Part shown: piece by piece, positions 12,806-26,154 of the stretch | Layout of the letters: each line of letters opens with the position of its first letter | Position numbering within the stretch: the first letter of the stretch is position 1 | NCBI RefSeq assembly: GCF_009914755.1 | Contig: NC_060929.1 | Length of the DNA: 64,000 bases | Source of the DNA: the human T2T-CHM13v2.0 reference genome, Homo sapiens | Strand: one strand, 5' to 3' | The notes under the pieces: generated by a model | Database searches by the model: none | The model's input: the letters and a program-made list of their open reading frames with translations, nothing else | What the model was told of the DNA's origin: nothing | Translations under genes and position numbers: made by a program

Positions 12806-13535
12806 GCTTAACCCATAGCATACACAAGGACTTGAGGGTCTGATTAATATTCTGACTCTTCTCTGCTTTAAAATTTTCTGAAGTTCCTCCTTTTCCAGAG
12901 AGTATAATAAAAACTGCCTTCCTGAGGCTTCTAAGGCCAAAGCAAACTGCTTTTCAACCACAGCTCCTACCACTTTCCCCAACTCCTAAGTCCTCCTTTG
13001 CACTCATTCCCCACAAATAGTCATTCAACAAATGCCTGGGGGCCCCCTGAACCAGGCACCATGATGAGGAGCCTGAGAAACAAGCAGAGGCAGAGAAGGA
13101 GAATGTTTCTTTATTCTCACAGAGCCATAGATGCCTGCACACTCTCTGATACCAAGACTTTGCTTTCTCTGTTTGTTTAAAGCCATAAAATAAATGCAGC
13201 TCCAAGACAATCCCCGTTCTGTGAACACAGGCTTATTGGCACTGCAAAGTCAGCAAAGAGCACTGGTATTCACCATGATTTATGTCACGCTTATATTATA
13301 TGCACAAAAATAAAAATAAGGCTGGTCAAAATACACAATGGGGTTTTGTTCAAAAATCAAAAAATCATGAAAACTGTTGTGACAAGTGCATGTGCCTTTT
13401 CCTTGCCTTTGTGCTGCATAACACCTGACCTGTGCTTTCTAGAGTCAAAGGCTGTGAATTATTTGCATCTCCCTTAACTCTCTGTGGAACAGTTTGTTCA
13501 AATTTACTCTACTTTTAAATGCCTCTAAAGGCATC

Positions 13536-13982
13536 TGTACTGAGGTGAATGGTGGCCCCACAAGGACACGTCCAGGTTTTAACTCACCAAACAGGTAAAT
13601 GGGACCTTATTTGGCAAAAGCAGCTCTGCAGATGTAGTTAAGCAAAGGAACTTGTGAGTAAACCATCCTGGACTATCTGGGTGGACCCTAACTCCAGTGA
13701 TAATTTCCCTAAAAGAGGCAGAAGAGGACACACAAAGGGACGAAGACCATGGGAAGGTGGAGGCTGAGGTCAGAGTGATTCAGCCACAAGCCCAGGAGCA
13801 CCTGGAACTCCAGAAGCTGGAAGATGCAGGAAGGATTCCCCCCTGGAGCCCCTGGAGGGAGAGTGGCTCTGCCATCACCTTGATTTCAGACATTTGGGCT
13901 CCAGAACTCTGAGAAAATTTCCTGTTGTTTTAAGCCACCCAGTGTGTGGTATTTGCTACCATGGCCACAGGATACCAAGACA
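13536..13982 (+). mobile_element. MaLR solo LTR (MLT1D-like)
   Basis: TG...CA termini. Internal GGGACCTTATTTGG, CAGCCACAAGCCCAGG and TGTTGTTTTAAGCCACCCAG motifs. Confidence 0.8.
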
Positions 13983-14675
13983 CTTATTTTTTGACACAGA
14001 AATCAAGAGCTCATGGAAGAAAGTGACGGGGGTGAGGACCTGGAGCACCTAGGAGTGCAGGTGGCTATCCCTGCCTCCACCTTGGGGCCACCTGGGAACA
14101 GCTTTGAAAGCACCTGCCATGACCATTCCCCACCCCCAAGTCCAGCTCTGGGGCTTTCTCATGGGGGTTCGCACCAATGCAGTTCCAGCCCAAGTGCTCA
14201 AATCTTCTCCCTGAAAACAAGTCTTGCCCAGTAGGCCTGGATCTCGTATGACCAACACATCATTCCCACAGCACATTTCTGTGAACCTCCTCATGACCTG
14301 CCCTCAGGACCGTTCATAACAAGGATCTACTCACCCTGCCTCTCAGGACCCAATGCCCGTTCACAGGAGGCCAACACCCCTGTGGCTGCCTCTGGGGGCA
14401 TGAGGCTGGTATTGGCCCTAGCTGGCTTGGAGGCCATGGGGTCCACTGGGTGAAGACCCAGTGTGGTGTAGAGGTGTCAGCTTCCTGAGCTATGCCTTTC
14501 TGAAGGACTGGACGCAACCCCATGGCCTCCCTGGAGCCCTCTCCCTGCCCCTCCACCCGCCCTGACCCTGGTCTGGAGCTGAGGCTGACAGTGTGTGGCC
14601 TGGGTGGAAAAATCACGCAGCCCCTCATGTTTTGGTGCTTCTGGAGTGTGCTCATCACCGTCCTGGGCATGGAGG

Positions 14676-14810
14676 CTGCAGGGCAGCTCCGTCCTCATGA
14701 AGAGGTGTCTCAGTGTGCTCCGGTTCAGGTGCCACCATTCCACCTGCGGGGCAGCTCCGTCCTCATGAAGAGGTGTCTCACTGTGCTCTGGTTCACGTGC
14801 CACCATTCCA
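14676..14810. repeat. 68-bp tandem duplication (2 copies)
   Basis: CTGC(A/G)GGGCAGCTCCGTCCTCATGAAGAGGTGTCTCA...CCACCATTCCA at 14676 and 14744. Confidence 0.95.
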
Positions 14811-14859
14811 AGGACCGTATCAGTTACACCTAAGTGACTCACACCAGGACTTTAGGAGA

Positions 14860-14940
14860 GAGGTGTCGCACTTAGGTCCATTTGCAGTGAGAAAGCTGAG
14901 CACAGAGGAGATATGCAACCTCCCAAGGCCACACCGTGGG
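14860..14940 (-). mobile_element. MIR fragment
   Basis: CCATTTGCAGTGAGAAAGCTGAGCACAGAGG...CCCAAGGCCACAC resembles the MIR core. Confidence 0.5.
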
Positions 14941-15076
14941 CCACATTGAAATCAGCGTTCAAACCCAGTTCATGTGGCTCAGTGCCCACCCAGCCCGTCC
15001 CTGCAGCCAGGGGCCCTTAAATACGTTAGGGCCTGTGGGATTAGCACACTGACTCATGTGGAAGAGAAGTAAATGG

Positions 15077-15092
15077 TAAGTAAGCACCCCCC

Positions 15093-15139
<47 letters not shown>

Positions 15140-15173
15140 GTGAGAGCAGAAGGGACATAAGTAAGCACCCCCC

Positions 15174-15208
<35 letters not shown>

Positions 15209-15244
15209 CGGTGAGAGCAGAAGGGACATAAGTAAGCACCCCCC

Positions 15245-15305
<61 letters not shown>

Positions 15306-15330
15306 AAACGGTGAGAGCAGAAGGGACATA
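15077..15330. repeat. Compound minisatellite: 3 units, each embedding a (CA)n tract; the third unit has a long poly(A)
   Basis: TAAGTAAGCACCCCCCAAAA(CA)nAAA(T/C)GGTGAGAGCAGAAGGGACA occurs three times. Confidence 0.95.
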
Positions 15331-16609
15331 GGGCAAGACTGAGACAGCAAAGGAGATGTAGGTTTGTAAAGGAAGGGCATGCCTGCAGGGAACAGAATGA
15401 GCAAAGCCACACACATCACGGGTCCCCTGTTGACTGGCCTAGCCTCCTGCAGCCCAGGTGCCAGCTGATCTGGGCCCACTTTACCAACATCATCTGTGAT
15501 CGTTGATGCTATTTTAGGTTCTTAGCTTCAATTCTCAGTGACAGTGGGGAGCGGGCCTTCTCAAGGTTAAAGAGGCCAGCCTGGAAAGCGTACCAGGACT
15601 CCCGCACTGCAGAAGGCCATCCTATCCCTGTACTCGCATTTCCTGTCGGTGCTCGGCAGAGCCACACTCTTCCCGGCCCTGGATGTACTCCCAAACCAGC
15701 TCTGCTGCATTTACATATTTCTTCTGCATCTTGCTTTTTGACCTTTCGGAGACCCAAGGTCATGAGATCCAGTTCCCGGTAATGGATACGTGGACCTGTT
15801 TTCACATCTAACACTGCGACTGTGAGCCCTCAGCAGCTTCAAGCCCAGCTTGCTAATCACTCGTTGTACTCAGCAGCACTTGCATTGTGCATTAGAACAC
15901 TGTGTAAGGGACACATCCAGATACTTAGCTCAGCTCTCACGAAAGGTCTGTAATGCAATCTCACCCTGGCCCTGAGCTATGTTGGATAGAATTCTTTGAG
16001 CTCAGAGTTGAAGACACACAAGTGTTATTTGGTGCACTAATTGGAACACATCGATGAGATAAGAGCCCCATTTGTCCAGAGCTTATATTTGGCTTGGGAG
16101 AGGAAGTGGTTCACAAGCCCAAATAAACAAGGGCGTCATGAGCAAGTGCATCGCCTGTCCAAAGAGGAGATGCACACAGGAGATGCACAAGGGCGAGCAG
16201 AGGAGGCAGGCCGGCGAGCTCAGAGGACGTTTTGTACTTGAGAGTTCCTAGGGCTCGAAACTCCCTGGACAAACAGCAGGGATGATTTTTGAAGTAATTA
16301 GCAGAAACTGTATGCATTTGGGCCATTCAAACAGGAGGCCAATACTCAGGGAAACGGGGAGGGAAAGAGCCATAGGAAGAAATGGGAGGGTAGAAGCTGG
16401 CCCCGGAAGCTTGCAGCTGTTGCATGACTGCCCGTCCATGCAGAATTTTCAAGGGATGAATTTCAGAGATGCTGAAACTGAGAGCCACTTACCCAAACGA
16501 TCCCCCTGATTTCTAACATTCATAAAAGTGGTGAGAGTAACTGCTTGGCAACTAAGGAATAGCATCACCGCATTAAACCTAAATTGAATTTAATTGATTA
16601 CATAATTAA

Positions 16610-17427
<818 letters not shown>

Positions 17428-18409
17428 TTGAACATTCTTTCATGACCTGCCTTCTTTTCTTTTTGGTTCTGAGCATGTCTGTTCAGTTCCTAGAAGGAAA
17501 GCCCCCATTTCAATGTTATTCACCCGTCTTTCTCTATGTAAACTACCCAAGCTGAGAAATGTTTCTGGTTTTGCCAAACAGATGCCTTAGAAACCGGTCT
17601 CCTTGCCCTCACAGTGTCTTCCGTCTAAAGCAAGGAATAGGGAGCTTTTCCCTTCCACTTGTCCCATAGGCACCACTTATATGCGGAGACAACTGCCCAG
17701 AATAGTCTTATCTTGGCCTGAGCAGCAAATCCCCAAACCCTACAAAACACAGTGATTCTCTCTCCATCCCGGTTTTCAACTCACTCTTCCACAGAAGTAT
17801 GGACATGTCTTTAAGTGCTTGTAATATGTTTGCATTCTCTCCTATCCCAAACTTTCCACAGCCTGTCACACGCAGTTCCTGCTGACCATAAAGTCATGGC
17901 TAAAGTGTGGTTTGAGTGAGCAAGAACATTCAAGGCAAAACGTACGCAGGTTAAACAAGGGCTAGCTTGGCACCCAAAATAAAGCCAGTGCTGACAGTTG
18001 CCACTGGACCACTGACTCTCCTTAGCCAGTACATGGGAGGTCAAGTTGTGAAGGGATGTGAAGCCCTGTTGCCCACGGCTGCTGGGGTTGGCGGGGGGTG
18101 GTGGGAAGGGGCTGGCGCAGAGTTACCTTGAGGCGCTAGTGGTTGCCTTAGCACAGCCATCGGCGGAGGCCCCTTGTCCTGCATGATCCTTTTATGATCA
18201 GATGTGCTGTTCTGTGCCAGCCAAATGGGGAGAGCAAAACAGTGCATGGCTGTTCTAGTCTTGTTTTCATAATTGGTAAGGAGGTTATGTGTGGCTTTCT
18301 CTTGCCTGTTTATGGTACTTCTAAAGAAGCTTTAACATTGATGAGTTTGTGTGTGTGTGTACGTATCCATGTAAATATATACACAATGACGTTACACTGA
18401 ATAGTATAG

Positions 18410-18543
18410 AAAAGATAACTATTGGGTACTGGGCTTAATACCTCAGTGACAAAATAATATGTACAACAACCCTCCAGGACACATGTTTACATATGTAACA
18501 AACCTTCACATGTACCCCAAAACCTAAAATAAAAGTTCAAAAA
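18410..18543 (+). mobile_element. Short L1PA (PA11-13-like) 3' end
   Basis: AACTATTGGGTACTGGGCTTAATACC...TGTAACAAACCTTCACATGTACCCC...AATAAAAGTT. Confidence 0.8.
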
Positions 18544-20569
18544 GGAGACATATATAAGCTTTTCCTTTGAGATTGGTGTTATGTGATACGAGTTCAAGCG
18601 CCCCCTCCCCTCTTCTCTGGGGTCACAAAGGCATTTAACATTTACCTGCCACATTTAGGTCAGGGTCTCAGTTCTACCTGGAAAGGTGTTCAATGCATGC
18701 TCAAGCACTGACGTGCAATTGTCTGCAGCATCTGTGACAAGGCGGGGAACAAATTTTTTGTCCATTTATGAAAGGGAGGGACTATTGTATGCTGCCACCA
18801 TGAAGGGCTCGGCAGCATTTGAATCAATGACCCAGAGTGCAGGTCTGCTCGGCAAAAGCCAGGGATGGCAGTTGCCCAGGAGAACTACGGGTGCCACGTA
18901 AGTCGCTGCCCATGGAAGCCAAGGCACTGGCTGTCAGCACAACTCAGACGTCGAGAATGAAATGCTGGAGTTATCTGGGCCAGCGGTTTTGTCCTAATAA
19001 AGAATCTCTAGGCATTCTGGTACCTTAACACTACTATTCTGATTAATTAATTTTGATGGAATCTTCCTGACCCAGAGTTACAAATTATTCTCTAAGAAAC
19101 AAATAAACACACACAACAAACTCTTTGAGAAACTGTCTTCCATTTTCCTACATGAATGTCGAAAATATAAATAAGAGTCTGAGTCCCACCTCAAGCACCT
19201 GCTAACGAAAGCATCTTTGATGGAAGAGAACTGCCCCACGTCACAGCCTCTGCTCTAGAAAGGGGCCCTGAAAGCAGGAAATGTCACACCCCAGTGTGAG
19301 AGATAAACAGAGGCCAGCTCCAGAGTGCGCAGGGACTCTGGAAACAGTGTCTGCAAATGACTTTGGTCCCCTGGCGTGATGAATCATGGAGCCGCAAATC
19401 CTTTTTAGCTAATTGCTATCAGCTTGTGAGATTTTTCCTTCCATGTTCAATATCAATTTTCATGGCCATAGGAGATAGCGCTTCTCCCCTGAGCCTACTG
19501 ACGACTGGCCGATAAAACAGCAGCAGCAGCACTTAACAGTTTAAAGCGGGAGTCATCTAATATGCAGCTGCTGCTGGGGGAGAAAAGGGGAAAATGAGCG
19601 GCCATGGCGCGGAAGGACGGGTCTCGCTAATGCATTCGAGGCTGTGACCTTCTCACAAAGTCGTCCTTCAGTGTTGACACACTGTAGATTCTGTCACCGT
19701 GCAAACTTTGCCTTGTCACAGAGCCGGCGTGGTCTTGCTGGAGAGGAAAGCTGGAATTTGTAGCCTTCTGTGTTGTGTCTTCAGCACAACACAGAAAATA
19801 AATTCACTTCTGAGATGGAGGTGGTTACTGTATTCTGAAGATGAATGTGGGATGGGCCACTGGTCGTATTCCTCGTGCGTAACGCTGTATTTCATTAGAA
19901 ACAAAGGGGTTTCGGTGCTGCCTTCCACCAGGACAAACCTACGAGGCATGCACAGCCCTCTCTTGTAACGAACACACTCTCCAGCTGTATCGGAAGGAGT
20001 CTCCCCCAGAGTCTCCAGACACGTTGGAAGCCCGCTGCACAGGAAGGAGCGGCGTTCATGATGCTGCAGCCGTGACCACGTGCACATCAGCGTGAGTGCA
20101 GTCAACACAGACGGCCCATGGCACTGAGAGCCCAGTGAGGCCCTGGACACGTGACGCTTAACTAACGTGGAGATCTGCACTCCAGGGATTTAACTGTGCA
20201 GCTTAGCTTTAAAGACTTGAGATGGTGAGAAACACATTGATGAACATTTTTCACCACATTCAGTAACAAACTTGTTCGCTTGCTCCTGAGTGAGGCCAAA
20301 AGAAATTCATATTTCTGAAGAACTGTGCGGAGAAACAGTCTTGGGTCCTGCAGTATTGCCCTGAGGGAAGCCCCCACTAAGCCGTCTCTCGGCCAGGTCC
20401 CTGGAACTTTCTAAGCCTGGTTGATTTTCTCCTGTGGAGCCTGCTGATGTGCCTGGCCAAAGACTTGATGTCATCACTCTGCTACTTTATACTATCAGCA
20501 GTGTAGGTAAATTATTTGTAGTGCTGTTATTGCTTTCAATATTCATAGGTCTCATTTAATGAGTTTTAC

Positions 20570-20760
20570 AAAGTGCTCGGCACCTGTGCTAAGCACTTTG
20601 CATGCATCGTCTCATTTCATCTTTGACCCTGTGTGCTACATGAGATTATTGTCCCCACCATCTAGCAAGGGAACCCGTGCTCCTAGGCCTTAAGGAAGCC
20701 AGAGGGTCACGGCACATGGAGGCTGGAGTTGGACTCACATCACGGTTTTAACCCGGCACG
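20570..20760 (-). mobile_element. MIR
   Basis: GGCACCTGTGCTAAGCACTTTGCATGCATCGTCTCATTTCATC...ATTATTGTCCCC. Confidence 0.6.
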
Positions 20761-22040
20761 ATGGAGAGTCCTCATGAAATACTCAGGGACTTGCCAATTT
20801 TTATTTAGCTGGTTTCCCTCAGCGAATCTTACATGTAAAAGTGGCTAACTAGTAACTCGGGAAAAGTATTGGCTTTTCACTGCTTTCCCCATTTTATAAA
20901 TATGTTCACGGACAGTCAGATAGTTTGAGGCTGGGGTAATTGCACACCCAGAAGTCAGAGGATTGGGTGAACAATTAAGAGGTGATTGAAAACGTTTTGA
21001 AGACTGCTAAATGATCACCTTCCAGAAAGGAGCTGGACAGGCTCCCTTGGTGCTGAACGCTGTCTCTACCCTTGTGTGGGCGGGTGAGGTACAGCCATGT
21101 CCAGACCATGACCTGAAAATGGAAAGAAACCCCAGCAATCCTTCCCTTACAGTGAGTAACTTCTTTTCCATCACGATGGCACTGTCACTTTTTGACAGGT
21201 AGGTTAGATTTCAAAACAGCAATCCTCCCTTGGAGAGGCTGGCAGGAAAGTGTTCAAAACCCCTCCCCAGCTCCCATGGCCTTGGACAGCAAATCAAACC
21301 TTCTGCACCTCAATGTCACTACATGCAAAGTGGGAATAAGCTTACCCCTCCCAGGGTTGGGCATAGTAGGTTATGGAAAATCGTGGTTCTTATTAATCAT
21401 GATGTGTCTAACTCCACATAAAAATAACTTCCCCTGCAGGACCCCTGCTCCCGGGAGAACACTGCTCTATCAGCTGAGGCCCTGAGCTGACCCAGCACCG
21501 CCTGAATCACGATCTTCTATTAATGTTCTGTTCAGGGAAAACCCTGGAACCAGGGCCCACGGTGCTTTCATTCTTCACATTCTTGCCCTAATCAGGTATG
21601 CTGAGCCTTCGGAACATCATTTCCATGTTTGCAAAATGAAGACATAGAGCTGATTCTGTCTCCTTGGCAGAGCTAATGACGAGGTGAATTAAATGAGTGG
21701 GTTTCCTTCAGCGCCCGCCTCCAACAAGGCATTTGGAATGTCCCAAAACATGGCAGCATGCAGGACCATCTTCTCTCCTTTAGAGGGGCAGTGGCCCAAA
21801 TTAGTTCTGACCTTTCTCTTCTGTTTTGTGAAGGAAAGGCAGTAGACACGGAGCGGGGAGAAGGGCTCCATTATTACCGAAAAAAATGGAAGACATTTCG
21901 TTCACGAGGAGATCATCTTCTAGGGAGCCTCGTGTGTGCACCAGTCAGCATGGTGCTTTTGGGCAGAAGCTAGGAGGGCGCTCTGAAGCCAGAGGGATCT
22001 TACGGATGAGATGAGGTGCCCAGCTCTCCCCCCTTATGGG

Positions 22041-22087
22041 AACGCCAGGTCCCACCTTCCTTCAACACCAGGTCCCACCTTCCTTCA
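22041..22087. repeat. 23-bp tandem duplication
   Basis: AAC(G/A)CCAGGTCCCACCTTCCTTC occurs twice. Confidence 0.9.
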
Positions 22088-23396
22088 GTCTTTCATCACC
22101 GCAGTGTCCTGTGGGGTACGGGATTTGGTCTCAAGTGGAGCCACATAATTTACTTTTAGAAAATCTTAGTTCAGAAATATTATTTTCCAGGATTCTGTTC
22201 TGCTTTTTAAAAATAAATAAATATGTCAACCAACAAGAAAGAATCCTTTAATTTGCTGTTGATTTCTCGGCTCAGTGCATCTTTTCTCTGTTGGTTGATT
22301 CAGGGCTTAAGAGTTGTGAAGTCTTGTTTGGAGAAAATAAGATTTGGGAAAGGTGAGTGATGAGTGTCACACTCAGCCATTCAACAGGCATTCACTGGAC
22401 AAGGTGGTGGGTGTATCAGATGTCTGCCAAACAGTGGGAACACCGTGTAGCTCAAAGACATTTGGGGGCATACGGAGAAGGGAGGAAACCCTGTCTCTGG
22501 GTGACAGATGGAGGGAACCCACCACGCCTCCCAAAGGAAGACCTCCTGGGGCTGGGATTGATAGGGAAGGGGGCTTTCCACGAGCAAAAATACTCATGGC
22601 ATGCTCTTTTATTAGATGAGGATGGTTTCACAGGGAAGGAAAGGTAACATATGCAGTTTTTAGATCAATTCAGGTTCAATACTTCTTTTATTTGTTTAGT
22701 GTCTACTCTCAGCCATCCAAGGCCCAATGGACAATTACCTATTTCCTGTGCATCTGTAAAGGTGGTGAGAAGCTCGGTTTCCTGCCTGTATGCGTAGGAG
22801 GTTGCAGGCTGCACAGCCCAGTAGCTGCCTTGGTGAGGCTGTGTGCAGCTCCCCATTCCACCTCCACACCCCCCAGTCTGCAGTCCTGGCTTCTCGGGAC
22901 CATTCCGAATGACGAGATTGCTCCCAAGTGGGAATGCAGTGGTCATACACTGAGATGGACAGTGTCCCTGCAGCAGGCGCCAAGCAGCTCTGGGCCGGGG
23001 CTACTGTTGCTTTTGTTTACATGGATGGGGCTCAAGACTGCAGTCTGGACCCACAGATCCCTGAGATGGTACTGATGATGTCAGAGCTCCGGCCAGAACC
23101 AGCCAACAAAGACTGTGCAGCCTGTGATGGCAATACTTAATCACTTGACACGCTGTTATCATTTTCCTCATCTGCTATTAATAATGTGATCTGGAAATGG
23201 GAGGCCGAGGAAGTGTTCTAAATTCCTTGAATAGAAATAATGTGCTTAGTTAATAAATATGAAGTTTCATTATTTTAACGTGTGTGTTTTTATACATTCT
23301 CATATTTCACATGGTTATATTATATCTGCCTTTGAGTTCTAATGTTATCTTGGTTACATATAGAAGATTCTACCTATACTCACACTTACTCTTTAA

Positions 23397-23733
<337 letters not shown>

Positions 23734-23822
23734 TCAATTGCGCTATTTTCTTACAAAAAGCCCGGAGTTTGGTGGTGAATGATCTCACATTTCATTTATT
23801 TACATTTACCCAAAGAGCCTCT

Positions 23823-23957
23823 CCACTGGTGCAGAGTCTGACGAAGGTGCAGGGCATGATTCTCCGTCCACTGGTGCAGAGTCTGACGAAGGTGCAGGGC
23901 ATGAGTCTCCGTCCACTGGTGCAGAGTCTGACGAAGGTGCAGGGCATGATTCTCCGT
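23823..23957. repeat. Minisatellite, 45-bp unit x3 (near perfect)
   Basis: CCACTGGTGCAGAGTCTGACGAAGGTGCAGGGCATGA(T/G)TCTCCGT occurs three times. Confidence 0.97.
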
Positions 23958-25270
23958 GGCACTCGGGGAGGCATGTTTTTCCAGCATTGCCCCACCTCGC
24001 TGGGACCTATTGCCCCACTGCACTCCATGCACACTGCTGGTGATGGAAGTCCTGGCCATCTGTGGCACTGGCCATGATGTAGGAGAGCTGAGGGGAGCAG
24101 CCACAGGCAGACGGACCTCAGACCCAGCTACAGCAAGGGGCTCTTCCAGTCCAAGTCCCCTTTTCTCATGTGGTCAAGAGCCAACCTGGCCTCCAAAATA
24201 TGGCGGCTCCCAGGGATCTGCCCAACCTCTGTCGTACATGAATAGTTTCCTTGAGCCTAAGGACATGCCATGTAATCCAGATGATGGGACAAACATGGTG
24301 CTGAAATCTGTTGGATTCCCTCTCCATGATCTCATTAGCTGCCCATCTTTAAGGAAGTTGATGTAATTGATGAGGAGTGAGACACAGAGTGCTGAACTTG
24401 GGCCCCTCACTGGGAAACTGAGAGAGGATCTTGCCTCGGCCTTGTGGGCCCATTTTGATGTTTAAGGATCTCTACCCCACCAAAGGTGTCTGGCAGTTAC
24501 TCCAAGAAGAGATGGGAAGCATGCAGCCTACCCACCTTCCTTGCCAGAAGGGGTAAGAATGGTAACTGGTCACCCACCAGGCTCTCTCGTCTCCTAGGCC
24601 TTCAGGCTTCAAGGGTGGAAAGTGCTCCTTCTGTAACAGCAGCTGCATCCGGCCCTCCAGGGATCCCCCACCAGTGTCCACACGTTTCTGGTTGATTTTC
24701 TCAGGGTTCCTTTACTGGCCTGACTCTGCCGGGCTGCTTCCCACTCCTGGGCATCAGCGCATCTCAGCATGTCACGTTCACTGGCTGAAGCCAGGGCTTT
24801 GCAAGGGGGTTTGAGAGACAGGATGGTGAGACCTGTGGAGGGAGCACCAGAAAATGGCACGAGGGGCCGCAGGCACTCAGCTCTTCAGCATCGACTCTGG
24901 CGAAGGCTACGTGTTCCACAGTCATTATGAAAAGGTTTGCTGTCTTTGAGGCAGGACGGATTCAGCCTTACACATGGACATGCACACACACACAAACACA
25001 CACACACAAATACATGTGCGTGCACACAAACACACACTAAATACCCATAAGAAAAGCCAGCTATGCCAGCTCACCTTTGCTGAGAATGAAGAAGGGCACC
25101 TTGATATGCAATAGTTTAAGTGAAAATTCTTAGGAGCTCAAATTGCTAGTGATATATACTGTTTTTTTCATTTATAAGTAAACCTATTCTATTGTTTACA
25201 AAAATGCTCTGATGTGCGGGAGCAAAGGCTTTATTTTTCAAGAGGGCTCTTCTGGAGCTGAGCAGTATGT

Positions 25271-26154
<884 letters not shown>

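Noticed and set aside
14959-15479. Cys/Val-rich ORFs
   Set aside because: These are translations of (TG)n and poly(T) tracts.
19779-19799. TTCAGCACAACACAG as a REST/RE1 site
   Set aside because: Only the left half-site partly matches; the GGACAG half is missing.
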